The notes below the pieces were generated by a model. The model made no database searches, was not told the origin of the DNA, and saw only the letters and a program-made list of their open reading frames with translations. Positions 50,953 through 64,000 of a stretch of 64,000 bases of DNA are shown in pieces. Position 1 is the stretch's first letter. Each line of letters opens with the position of its first letter. This stretch comes from Octopus sinensis (taxonomy: Eukaryota), in assembly GCF_006345805.1 (NCBI RefSeq), contig NC_043003.1:71548001-71612000 (forward strand), in the 5' to 3' direction. The translations under genes and the position numbers were made by a program.

Positions 50953-51250
50953 ACTACATATGTGGAAAATCAGTGAGTGTGTGTTTGTGGCATTGTTAGC
51001 TAACCCCTCCTACATCGTTTTATTGATTTTGCTGAAACTTGACACACGAGTAGAACTCATGTCTGGAAACTTCGTGACATACTTAGATTGTTGAAAAAAA
51101 ATCGATAATACGGCCCCTGGAAGGGATCTTTAAATCTACCTCATATAACTATTTTTTTTTAAACACCCAAGGGAAATATCCCATAGCACCTGCATAATGT
51201 TTTTTTAAACACTCAAAGGGAAATAACCCATAGCACCAGCACTTACAGTT
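50950..51250 (+). mobile_element. Non-autonomous Helitron/HINE-like repeat (partial second copy at 51720-51840)
   Basis: gctgaaacttgacacac motif, 3' tandem ~41-bp duplication; block tagaactc.tgtctggaaac..gacatacttagattg repeated at 51730. Confidence 0.4.
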
Positions 51251-52129
51251 GTTAGTTTTTAGTGAAGTGATCCATATTTGATTCTCACCATCAGCAGACC
51301 TAATTCTGTAATTCCCTACTCACAGTTTTCAACTACTAAACCTTATTATTGCACTTTCTCGATGCAGGAACACTTTCAATGCTCATCTCCGATAATTCTG
51401 CATTTTCCCTGTAAAATTTTTGATTCCAGAACATATTTAATAAGTGTGTCCCAATACAATGAATTCATACTTTGAATGCTTAAAATTCTTTAAAAACGAA
51501 ACCAAACTTCTACACAATATTCAGTTGGGACACCCTGTATCACTTAAACTTATTTTACAAATCATAATATTTATTGCTTATTTACAGTTGATACAACATT
51601 TTCATGAAACTAATTGAGCCATCGAATTTAGAAATATTTTACAGGTTTCATTGTTTTACTTTGAATATTGATTTTTGTGTGTCCAATTTCAAATTTTTGC
51701 AGACAATATCACTTTTATACTTTATTTGACATGTGAATAGAACTCCTGTCTGGAAACCTCATGACATACTTAGATTGCTGAAAAAAAATCAATAATAGGG
51801 CCCCTTCAATGGATTCTTCTATTTACTACATATTACTAATATTCTATTTAAACCTATTGTAGCAGCCTCTAATAAGCGAAAGCTCTCTCTTTTCTATAAA
51901 AACTGACATAACTACAACTTTAGTATACAAACACTCAACACACATACAGCTACAGTACAGGCACCCCTGCATTAGACCACAACCCAACCCATCCTACTGA
52001 CACTGCCTGGAACACCACCACAATCTCTACTGCCCTTCCAAATAGTACAAATAATAACAACAATAGTAGTAATATCAATGATAACGTTAATAATGATAAT
52101 AATAATATAGAATTTTCCACCCCCTTCTA

Positions 52130-53770
52130 TAACCTCTCCTCTGACGATATTACCTCCTCTATTAATGTACACAGTCCCCGAAATTCATCTAATTGTAATT
52201 ACCATCCTGGAAGCATCTGCCCGCTACAAACCCATTGCAGAAGATATAATGTAATTTGCAAGTGCACGGTCCTTAATCTCTACAGCCATATAAATAGGAT
52301 CACAACTCTACAGCCATATAGATAGGATCAACCAAAAATTTTAAGCACTGATATGCCACTAGCCTCCATTCTCTTAGATACAATAAACAATAAATCTACA
52401 ACACTCGCCAACCACATACATCATCTCAAAAATACAAATATAACCTATATTCTATCATGGTCCATACTGGACTCAGGACTTCCATACTGAGGTCAACACT
52501 CAACCTGCAAACTTTGCCTGGAAGAGGCATTTCACATATTAAAGCACAATTCTCCAGCACTGCTAAATAAACATAATGAGGCACTAAGCACATGCAACCA
52601 CCACTTTTTTCATACATTCAAATTCTACTACAAACCTAAACGATCATACGGTACATTTCCACAATACCCCTTAGGTAATCCCAATAACCTTATAAATCTA
52701 CATTCTAACTCCTAATCTCTATCTAATTCCTCACTCATACTCAAATATCACAACCATCTAATTATATCTGTATGTGCATCCATCCATATGTGCGTGCATA
52801 TGTATGAACATGTGTATGCGTGTGTGTATGTATGCAAGGTATATACACCTGCATGTACAGGGGCAATAATACATGCAGATGCACATATATGTGGGTGCGC
52901 ATGTGTGCATATACATACATTAAGAGTTGCATGTGTGTATATTGATATGTATAAACATCTGTATATATATATATACATGTCTAATATATATATATGTATA
53001 CATCTTCACAGATATATTTTCTTATATTACTAAGCACTGACCTGCCAAACCTTAATTCTTCATTCTTTACTACTAATCCTCTCCCTGCCTCATCACTTAG
53101 ACTCTATCACTACACAGTTGTCACTCCTTTACATTTTATTACCTCCCCCCATTCCTTCTATTTTCTTGCACTCTAATACCTTTTTCTCTCTATCTCCCAC
53201 TCTTACTTTCAAATTATCTCCACTGGTACATTTTCCATTATCTATATCTTTGCTTTCCTTTCTCTTTCTTCTTTCTTTCCTTTATTCCTATCTTCCAGTT
53301 TTTTTTTATTATAATATTTTATTATATATTTTATTATATATTTTATTATTTTTCTTCTTTCTTCTCCTTATTATCTCATTTTTATCCTTTTTTCTCTTCT
53401 TTTTCTCTTTCTTCATTTCTCTCTTCCCATTGACTCTACTAATACACTCCCTATTTAAAGGTCACTTTAAATAGAACCCTTGATTCAATAACACTGTGTA
53501 TAAACTGTATACTTGGAATGACCAATTTTAAATACAATTGGATTTTACTCATAAGGTACTGGAATTTCTATGTATACCATTCTGCCTAAAAAATGGATCT
53601 ACAAATACAATATTCCTACATATCTCACATCTATTTTCTTTGTTTTCCTCCACATCATTCTCTATTTTATATCTTATCTAAATTAACTATGTCTTAACCA
53701 TCCTCTCACACTATCCGATGAAGGGATATAATAAATATTCTGGAAACAGCTGTAAGACCTTCTATCTCTA
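52130..53770 (+). mobile_element. Penelope-like element 3' part (GIY-YIG endonuclease remnant and pseudo-LTR)
   Basis: NCN..CPLQTHC..NVI.KCTV..IGSTKNFK..STTLANHIHHLK..WSIL..PY..CKLCLEEAFHIL..LLNKHNE..C.H; hammerhead-like ccgatga...gaaacagctgta at 53715-53754. Confidence 0.75.
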
Positions 53771-53822
53771 AATGTTCTAAAATCTGCACAAACTTGGTCT
53801 TTTATCTCATTAGGAAAAACAA

Positions 53823-53824
<2 letters not shown>

Positions 53825-53869
<45 letters not shown>

Positions 53870-54060
53870 TCCATACATATACGCATACATATATTTAGAC
53901 ATACATATATACATACATACATAGATATACACATACATATACTTAGACATATATACATACATACCTGTACATTTATATACATATATATACATACATATAC
54001 ATACATACACACACACATATATATATATGCATACATACATATATATATACATATATATAC

Positions 54061-54093
<33 letters not shown>

Positions 54094-54105
54094 CATACAT
54101 ATATA

Positions 54106-54136
<31 letters not shown>

Positions 54137-54304
54137 ACATACATATATATATACATACATATACATACATATATATACATACATATACATATATACAAAC
54201 ATATATACATACACATATATACATACACATATATACATACATATATACATACACATATACATACATATATACATACACATACATACATACATATATACAT
54301 ACAC
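53825..54304. repeat. (TA/TACA)n compound microsatellite
   Basis: Direct reading. Confidence 0.95.
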
Positions 54305-54567
54305 ACTGGTTTCCGTGCTGGTGGCACATAAAATACACCAATCCGACCGTAGCCGTTGCCAGCCTTGCCTGGCACCTGTGCAGGTGGCACGTAAAAAGCA
54401 TCCACTACACTCACGGAGTGGTTGGCGTTAGGAAGGGCATCCAGCTGTAGAAACATTGCCAGATAAGACTGGAGCCTGGTGCAGCCTTCTGGCTTCCCAG
54501 ATCCCCGGTCGAACCGTCCAACCCATGCTAGCATGGAGAACGGACGTTAAACGATGATGATGATGAT
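54305..54567 (+). mobile_element. Young-looking RTE-tailed element
   Basis: CpGs retained (ggcgttaggaagggcatccagctgtagaaac...ggacgttaaacgatgatg). Confidence 0.85.
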
Positions 54568-55467
54568 ATGTATATACATATATATACGTACATATATATA
54601 TACATATATATACGTACATATATATATACATATATATACGTACATATATATATACATATATATACGTACATATATATATACATATATATACGTACATATA
54701 TATATATACATATATATACGTACATATATATATATACATATATATACGTACATATATATATATACATATATATACGTACATATATATATATACATATATA
54801 TACGTACATATATATATACATATATATATGTACATATATATATATACATATATATACGTACATATATATATACATATATATATGTACATATATATATACA
54901 TATATATACGTACATATATATATACATATATATATGTACATATATATATATACATATATATATACATATATATATACACATATATATACACATATATATA
55001 CATACATATATATACGTACATATATATATACATATATATATGTACATATATATATACATATATATATGTACATATATATATACATATATATATACACATA
55101 TATATACACATATATATACATATATATACATATATACATATATATATATACATATATATATGTACATATATATATACATATATATATACACATATATATA
55201 CACATATATATACATATATATACATATATACATATATATATATACATATATATATATACATATATATACACATATATATACACATATATATACATATATA
55301 TATACATATACATATATATACATATATATACATATATATACATATATATACATACATATACATATATATACATACATATATATACATATATATACATATA
55401 CATATATATACATATACATATATATACATATACATATATATACATATATATACATATATATACATAC

Positions 55468-55514
<47 letters not shown>

Positions 55515-55525
55515 CATATATATAC

Positions 55526-55558
<33 letters not shown>

Positions 55559-55573
55559 CATACATATACATAC

Positions 55574-55606
<33 letters not shown>

Positions 55607-56472
55607 CATATATATACATACATATATATACATATATATACATACATATATATACATATATATACATACATATATATACATATATATACATACATATATA
55701 TACATATATATACATACATATATATACATATATATACATACATATATATATACATACATATATACATACATATATATATACATACATATATATACATATA
55801 TATACATATATATACATATATATACATATATATATACATATATATACATATATATATATATATACATATATATACATATATACATATATATACATATATA
55901 TATATACATATATATACATATATATATATACATATATATACATATATATATATACATATAAATACATATATATATACATATAAATACATATATATATACA
56001 TATAAATACATATATACATATATATACATATATATATATACATATATATACATATATATATATACATATAAATACATATATATATATACATATAATACAT
56101 ATATATATAACATATACATATATATATATATACATATACACATATATATATACATATAAACATATATATATATACATATAAATACATATATATATACATA
56201 TAAATACATATATATATATACATATACATATATATATACATATAAATACATATATATATATACATATAAATACATATATATATATACATATACATATATA
56301 TATATACATATAAATACATATATATATATACATATAAATACATATATATATATACATATATATATATACATATATATATACACATATATATACACATATA
56401 TATATACATATATATACATATATATATACATATATATACATATATATATACATATATATACATATATATATA
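54568..56472. repeat. ~1.9-kb (TATACA)-type compound microsatellite
   Basis: Direct reading; almost pure purine-pyrimidine alternation. Confidence 0.97.
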
Positions 56473-56696
56473 CCACTACCCTGAACACACAAGTGCAAAC
56501 AAGGGAGTCAGAGAAAGGCAGAATGCACTTAAATCTGAACACTACTATAAATATTCTTTTAAAAAAACTTTTCTTCTAATTTTCTAAATTTAATTATTTA
56601 ATCGTTACAGTTGAAAAGGTCTCAAATGACCGAAACCGGTACTGAAATTTCACTATAAAATTATTTTAGCATTTTCTATTTTTTACTTGTTTTTTC

Positions 56697-56715
56697 ATAT
56701 ATACATATATTATAC

Positions 56716-56786
<71 letters not shown>

Positions 56787-56833
56787 CATATATATACATA
56801 TATATATACATATATACATACATATATACATAC

Positions 56834-56866
<33 letters not shown>

Positions 56867-56978
56867 CATACATATATACATACATATATACATACATATA
56901 TACATACATATATACATACATATATACATACATATATACATACATATATATATATACATATATATATATATACATATA
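56697..56978. repeat. (TA/TACA)n microsatellite
   Basis: Direct reading. Confidence 0.95.
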
Positions 56979-56979
56979 C

Positions 56980-58364
56980 TTTGATAGGTTTTGGTCATTA
57001 TTGGCCCAGGCCATGTCTAACTTAATAGCACCACCTGGTGAAGTCTTTCAAGTCAGAATTTGGGCACTATGGCCCACTCAAGTAGAGATTTATTGTTTAC
57101 AGAGACATATCCGGTTGTAGGGGGTTTATCCAGGATTTCTTGAAGGAATCTGTCCAAAGACTTCTTGAACCCTATAGGGTCTGTTTCTGTTTTAATGTGT
57201 TTTGGTGTAATGTTAAAGAGAGCGGGGCCAATTGAGGTGAAATAATTGTGCCGTATTGTTGTTATGAGATGAGAGTGCGATTTTTGTTTTGGGCGGATGG
57301 CACGGGGCCCAAGCCTTGGATGTACCTTAAAGGTGATGCCAACATCATTTGGGCAATGCTGATGGAATATTTTCCACATCATGCAGATGATGTAGCGCTC
57401 ACGGCGACGTTGGAGAGAAAAAGTTTTAGCTTTTCTAGTCGACCCCAATAGTCAAGGCCTGTCATGTCATCTATCTGTTTTGTGATTGCCCTTTGAGGTG
57501 CTTCAACTTTTATGATACTTTGTTTTGTGTGGGGAGACCACAGTGGACAACAGTATTCAAGGTGGGGTCGGGCAAAAGTGGAGAAGAGAAGGATAATGGT
57601 GTGGATATCTCTCGACTGGAAAGTTCTGAGAATCCAGGAACACATTCTGCGGGCCATATCAACTTTGGTGTTTATATGAGTGGCCCAGCTTATGTTGTTG
57701 TCCACAATTACTCCCAAGTCTCTGATGTTGTTGGATGCCACGAGAGTTTCACCTGAAGGAAGGGAGTATGGGAGTTTCAGGACATCCTCTTTTCCAAAGT
57801 GGATTAACTCAAATTTATCCTTGTTCAGCAGCATATTGTTTTTTTCTGCCCATTGGATAACAGCCAGTAGATCTGACTCTAGCATGTCCGGTCACTCGCC
57901 TCATTTATGACCTTCTGTAGCTTGGAATCATCTGCAAAGATTTTTATGTTGCTGTGCTTGATGATGTCATTAATGTCATTAATGTAGATGATGAAAAGAA
58001 GTGGGCCCAGCACAGTGCCTTGCGGAACGCCACTACTGACTTTGGCTGGGCTTGATTTTACCCCTTCAACTACAACATGTTGAGATCTGTCTATCAGGAA
58101 ACACTTGATCCATTTCAGTAACTTTCCAGAGACACCAATGTTGGATAGTTTTTTCAATAGGATCTTGTGATCAACCCTGTCGAAGGCCTTGCTGAAATCA
58201 AGGTAGATGACATCGGTGTTGGAACCCTCTCCCAAAGCTCTCAAAATGTCAGCAAAGTGATGCAGGAGCTGCGTTAGGCAGTCCCTTCTATTACGGAACC
58301 CATGTTGGTTAGAGATCAGCCGTCTGTTGCTTTCTAGAAATTGGGTTATTCGAGATCTCACCAC
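56980..58364 (-). mobile_element. CR1-clade LINE, 5'-truncated, relatively young (two frameshifts)
   Basis: NQHGFR..CLTQLL, YLDFSKAFDRVDH, GVPQGTVLGPLLFIIYIND, FADDSK, RDLGV, RPHLEYCCPLWSP, SLQRRRERY. Confidence 0.95.
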
Positions 58365-59315
58365 ATGCATATATACGCAGATCATACGAATGTCTCGCAA
58401 AAAATACAGAACCCCATCGATGTTGCACATCTGCAGCAGGAGTTGGACTCAATTTACAGATGGGCTGAGGATAATAATATGCAGTTTAATGCTGAAAAAT
58501 TCCAAGCCCTGTGCTACAAGCGTCCAAAATGAATATGAAACTTACAGAGTACACTGGTCTAAAGGGAATTTCAATCCCAGAGCCTAAATTAGTGAGGGAC
58601 CTGGGTACTGACATGAGTGATGATATCACTTTCCAAGTGCACATTACCAGGATGGCTACAAAGTGCAGACGTTTGGCTGGATCCTGAGAACATTCTGAAC
58701 CAGAGATAAGGAAACCATGATGGTCCTCTGGTGGACATTTGTCCTTAGCCGCCTGGATTACTGCTCACAGCTATGGTCACCCACTAGTGTGAAATTAACA
58801 GTGGACCTTGAAGCAATCCAGAGAAGATTCACAAAGAAGATCATCCCTTTGCAACTGTTCAACTACTGGGAAAGGCTGAAACAGCTAAGACTCTACTCCC
58901 TGGAGAGAAGGCAGGAGAGGTATGCAGTAATATACATTTGGAAGATCCTGGAAGGAATTGTGCCAAATTTTGGCATTGAAAGCTGCACCAATACCAGTGC
59001 CAAAGAACTCAGCAACACCATCGTGCTTCAGGACCAGTTACTGCAACAGGCCGGATTTCAAGGGCCCACAGCTTTTTAATATTCTCCCAAAGAGCCTGAG
59101 TAACCTGCACAAAGTAGATGTAGACATTTTAAAATCAAAGCTGGACCTCTTCCTGTTAAGAGTCCCAGATGAACCTACATCACGGCAAGCAAATGAGGGT
59201 AGCTATATCAAATTCCATTCTTCACCAAGTGCCACATATTGGAGGAGGCACTCAGTAATAACAGCGTAGCTAAGCTGCGGTGCATCAGCATGGCCACAAC
59301 TCTGAGCTAAAACTA
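58365..59315 (+). mobile_element. Second CR1-clade LINE of a different family, 5'-truncated
   Basis: IYADHT(FADDT-like)..LQQELDSIYRWAEDNNMQFNAEKFQ, RDLG, VLSRLDYCSQLWSP, YWERLKQLRLYSLERRQERY, GPQLFNILPK. Confidence 0.9.
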
Positions 59316-59320
59316 CAGAA

Positions 59321-59324
<4 letters not shown>

Positions 59325-59358
<34 letters not shown>

Positions 59359-59523
59359 TATGCATACATACATATATATATACATATATATGTATACATA
59401 TATATATATATACTATATATGTATACATATTATATGCATACATACATATATATATATATGTATACATATATTTATACATATATATGTATACATATATATG
59501 CATACATATATATGCATACATAC

Positions 59524-59558
<35 letters not shown>

Positions 59559-60452
59559 TGGTAAAAACGGTAAGATAACAAAAGAAAGAAAGAGACCTCA
59601 ATATTTTGTAAATAGAGGAATTTATCTATAAAATAATATGTTACAATTACTCAATACATATATATATACACGCACATAATATATATATATATATATATAT
59701 ACATACATATAAACATACATATATATATATATATACTACATATATACATACATATATATATATACATACATACATACATACATACATATAGACATACATA
59801 CATATAGACATACATATATATATATACATATATACATACATACATATAAACATACATATATATATATATATACATACATACATATATACATACATATATA
59901 TATATATATACATACATACATATACATACATATATATATATATATATACATACATACATATAAACATACATATATATATATATATACATACATACATATA
60001 TACATACATATATATATATATATACATACATATATACATACATATATATATATATATACATACATATATACATACATATATATATATATATATACATACA
60101 TATATACATACATATATATATATATACATACATATATACATACATATATATATATACATACATATATACATACATATATATATATATACATACATATATA
60201 CATACATACATATATATGTATATACATACATATATATACACACATGCATATACATACAAACATTACATACATATATACATACATACATTACATACATATA
60301 TATATACATACATATATGCATACATATATGCATACATATATGCATACATATATGCATACATACATACATACACACACACATACATATATGCATACATACA
60401 TACATACACACACACATACATATATATACATACATACATACATAAATATATA
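59325..60452. repeat. (TA/TACA)n arrays containing a PLE pseudo-LTR fragment (59560-59652)
   Basis: Direct reading; the fragment matches 23590-23680. Confidence 0.9.
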
Positions 60453-61770
60453 GGAAGAATTCACGAGAAAAACAAAAGACGAAGACAGGTGGTGTAGAAA
60501 ACAAACAAATGTATTAGTATCACGCTTGGGAATTGAAAAAGTCTTTTACGTTTCGAGCCTATGCTCTTCCACAGAAAAGAACACAGAAAGAAACGAGGAG
60601 AGAAAAAGAATGTGCGTAGTGGCTACTGATCTATCATGGCGACTGCCGGACAGAAAGGTCACACAGGAGAGCGAAGAAGTAGGGGAGATAACAAAGTAAA
60701 AGTGATCTCCTAAGAAGGTGCGCGTGTGTGTAAGAGAGTATGCATGTGCGTGTGAAAGAGAGCCGGTGGTCTTGACATGTGCATGTGTGTATGTATAGGT
60801 GTGAAAGTGTGGGGGATGGGAATTGGTCAGTACTGGTGTGTGGGTGGTGGTGTGTTGTGTGGTATGGTGTAGTGTGGTGTGATGTTGTTGGGAGGTCGGG
60901 GAAGCGAGAGTGGGGAAAGCACAGGTGGGGTGTGGGTTAGGCTGAGCGTTGGGGCATGTGGGTAGGCAGAGGGTGGGGGTAGAGGTAGGGTATGTGGGAG
61001 AAGGTGTAAGGGATGGCATGGAGTGGGATGAGAAGGATAGGGAAGGTGGAGTAGGAATGTGTAGGAGTGGGGTGCGCTTATGAGGGAGGGTTGAGGGGGG
61101 AGGGGAAGGTGGGTATGAGAGAAGATAGAAAGAGAGTAAGATAGAAGGGAGAAAGAGAGTAAGAGAGAAAGAGAGTAAGAGAAAGAGAGTAAGAGAGAAG
61201 AGAGACAGAGAGAAGAGGGTAAGAGAGAAGAGAGTAAGAGAGAAGAAAGAAAGAGAGTAGGGGTGAAGAGAAGTAGGAGTGAAGAGAAGTAGGAGTGAAG
61301 AGAAGTAGGAGTCGGAGCAAGAGAGGAGAGGTGTGTGGGAGAAAGTGGGAGGGAGAGGGAGAGAGGTAAGGGGAGGAGATTAGATGAAGAGGGGAGGAGA
61401 GTTGAGCCCATATGGCACAAAAGAGCGAAGAGAAAAGATTAATCCCTGTTCACGGCGCAAATGGGAGTCTGGATGGCCTCTGTGCAAGGACAATCTGAAC
61501 ACAGACAGGTGTTGCAAGGGGTGACCTGTGGAGCGGAAATGGCGTGAGACCAGTGTATCATTGCTGAGGTGGATATCTCGGAGGTGTTCTGCGAACTGGT
61601 CAGCCAAGTGGTGTCCCGTTTGTCCGATGTACAGGGAATGGCAGAGAGAGCAGGAGATGCAGGTGAAAGAGTCAATGATGCAATAGGGTCGATGATGGGT
61701 TCCGGTGAGGAGGGTGGTGTTGGAGAGGTAAGTGCAAGTGAGGCAGCATGGGCGGACATATATATATACA
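60453..61770 (-). mobile_element. Penelope-like element 3' part (GIY-YIG C-terminus and pseudo-LTR)
   Basis: FAEHLRDIHLSNDTLVSRHFRSTGH..LHRGH..REQGLIFSLRSFVPYGLN; pseudo-LTR homologous to 50121-50307. Confidence 0.85.
60542..60580 (-). ncRNA. Minimal type I hammerhead-like motif, variant core
   Basis: ucuuuu-CUGUGGAA-gagc-auag-gcuc-GAAA-C-GUA^-aaaga. Confidence 0.55.
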
Positions 61771-61786
61771 TATATATATATATATA

Positions 61787-61942
61787 CTTGGAGTGGTTGG
61801 CATTAGGAAGGATATCCAGCTGTAGAAACTTTGCCAGATCAAGACTGGAGCCTAGTGCAGCCATCTGGTTTGCCAGCCCACAGTCAAACTGTCCAACCCA
61901 TGCTAGCATAGAAAGCGGACGTTAAATGATGATGATGAAGAT
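61787..61942 (+). mobile_element. RTE-tailed element copy
   Basis: ggagtggttggcattaggaagg..tccagctgtagaaac plus (GAT)n tail. Confidence 0.85.
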
Positions 61943-61991
61943 ATATACGTACATATGCACATATAATTACACATATATCTACATGCATATA

Positions 61992-63213
61992 CACTGACCT
62001 GAAAGAAGTATATAGACACCCTTATACTCATTAAAAGTTATTTGAATCTTAAGTTATACATTCAAATTATTTGTTAGATGTTATAATGTGAACATTTAAT
62101 ATTTAGTAGACGTTCTCTTTGCATTTTTCAATGCAAGGGCTGTATTAGGCATGTTACTAATCAGATGGTAAATATTCTCTTGCGGAATTTCTTGCTAAGT
62201 TTCATGCAATAATCTCAAAAGATCTGGCTTTGAAGATGCTTTTTCTTCTTCTGATTATGAAATGTCCTTTTGATTATGTCCAAGAGATATTTTATAGGAT
62301 TCATATCTTGTGACTGGCTTGGCTATGGAAGCTTTCTAATGCCTTTCTTTTCCAACAAACCTTGGGTCATTTTAACTATGTGACAAGGAATCCCATCTTC
62401 CATAAATAGTCTTCTTTAATCATTTCACCACTGGAGAAGTTTGGAAGGAGTCTTTCCTGCAATATTTGAGTTTATCTTTCCCTCACATTCCACCAGCTCT
62501 GATCAGACATTGCTTCAAATGGTTCTCCAAACCATCACAGATTATCTACTGTGTTTCATTGCTGGTTGCAATCTTTTGACATCAAATTCTTGATCACAGA
62601 GTCTCCAAACCCACACTCGGCCACTTTTAGGAAATGCAGCAAATCTGGACTCATCAGAGAATGTCCCAAAATGCTAATGGCATCGCCACCATCTCACTGG
62701 CCCAATCTTTTCTCCGCTTCATATTGGCTGGTCAAAGATGTAGCTTCATTCTTCCTGGTCTGCCATAGAAAACAAGTTTATGGAGATACTTGACAGCTAT
62801 TCTGAAACTGACTTTAACTTGCTTTGCTATGTCAGAAGTCTTGCAACATGGATTATCCTCCACACTTCTCTTAGCAAAGAGAAGGGTCCTGTCAGAGGGC
62901 CCTGGTTGATCTGGACATGGCGATGTAGACTCCTTCCCCTCTCTGGTGAATTGCACAATCACTCCATTAACTGTAGAAAGTGGGATTCCAAGGTTTTCTG
63001 TGATTTTACACTGACTATTTCCACCTTCAGAATGACCCACAATACAGCCTCTTTGAAATTCAGACAGTTCCAAGGCCTCTTTTGTACATGGTATGATTGA
63101 ACAGTTACATATAGAATCTGAAACATGAAAATGTCAATTGATAAGAAATATAAACCGTTACAGTTAGAAGAAACAGAAAACAATGTTTTATGGGGAGTCT
63201 ATTTACTTCTATG
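61992..63213 (-). mobile_element. Tc1/mariner transposon relic
   Basis: [41 protein letters not shown]-type N-terminus (62732-63073); partial TIRs agaagtatatagacaccc / ggggagtctatttacttct; TA at both ends. Confidence 0.8.
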
Positions 63214-63491
63214 TATATATACACATACATAAATATAAATATATATATATACATACGCACATACATATATATAAATAAACATATATATATACACACATAC
63301 ATACAAATATATATATACAGAGATACAAATACATAAATATATATTATGTATACACACAAACATCCATATATATAAATATGCCTACCCAATATAGAAAAAA
63401 TATTTTGCATTTTATGCATAGTAATCAGTAACCTTCATAATTCAAGGTAGGCACTGCTTACCTAGGTGGCACATCCCTGATACATATATAC

Positions 63492-63545
<54 letters not shown>

Positions 63546-63834
63546 CAATTAAGGACAACCTCTTAATAAGGAATCTTAATAAGAAATTATCAGGTAGATA
63601 GCGTGAAAAACCTCATAAGAGAAAAATTTCGAAAATAATTCTTTCTTATTGAACATATTAATTTATCAATTTAGGAGTACGTAAGTACGAATTCACAGGT
63701 GATACAAGTCTATATTTTTTAAATGTCTTGCTTTGAAAGATTGCATTCGGTGGGATTAGTAAAATTTTTGGTAGAAATGACTTTTTGTCCCTCTTAGCGT
63801 GTGGCATCTATGTATAATAATGCCCTCTATATAT

Positions 63835-63871
<37 letters not shown>

Positions 63872-64000
63872 TTACAAAGGTGTCATTAATTCTATTATTA
63901 TCCAATGCAACTAAGATTTATTTTACCAATGCAGAAACCGGTCCATGTGAGTCCATATACTTAATGTAGATTGTCTTAACCAGATTTTGCCTTCGTTTGA

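Noticed and set aside
51043-51090. acgag..ctggaaac resembling a hammerhead core
   Set aside because: No CUGA, no stem I, and the block fits a HINE/Helitron-like repeat duplicated at 51730
52280-52335. Direct repeat (ctacagccatat..ataggatca x2)
   Set aside because: Simple 29-bp tandem duplication inside a PLE relic, not a repeat-spacer array; no CRISPR-like array is present anywhere in the window
53810-57025. Very long ORFs (up to 704 aa) rich in Y/I/M/C/V/H/T
   Set aside because: Translations of (TA/TACA)n arrays, which lack stops in several frames on both strands; not genes
59280-60504. ORFs up to 285 aa
   Set aside because: Microsatellite translations

Overview
AT-rich eukaryotic non-coding DNA (intergenic or a very large intron). 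It is most likely from an octopus or other coleoid cephalopod; this is inferred from the look of the SINE/RTE-tail repeats and the very long (TA/TACA)n arrays and was not checked against a database. I found no host protein-coding gene, tRNA, rRNA or CRISPR array that I can support. The window is a layered transposon graveyard. It holds a two-LTR Ty3/Gypsy element (37255-41402), a near full-length R4/Dong-like non-LTR element between (TAA)n tracts (13834-17105) and a hAT transposase relic with nested insertions (10925-13230). It also holds a Helitron Rep relic, CR1, L2 and RTE LINE relics, a Tc1 relic, MITEs, at least three SINE families and many Penelope-like element (PLE) fragments. The long ORFs at 24.7-25.4 kb and 53.8-60.5 kb are microsatellite artefacts. 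The most interesting signal is a set of PLE-linked type I hammerhead-ribozyme-like motifs. One sits in both orientations inside a perfect 122-bp palindrome (23655-23903), and one family repeats a non-canonical core (CUGU[A/G]GAA) in three copies.
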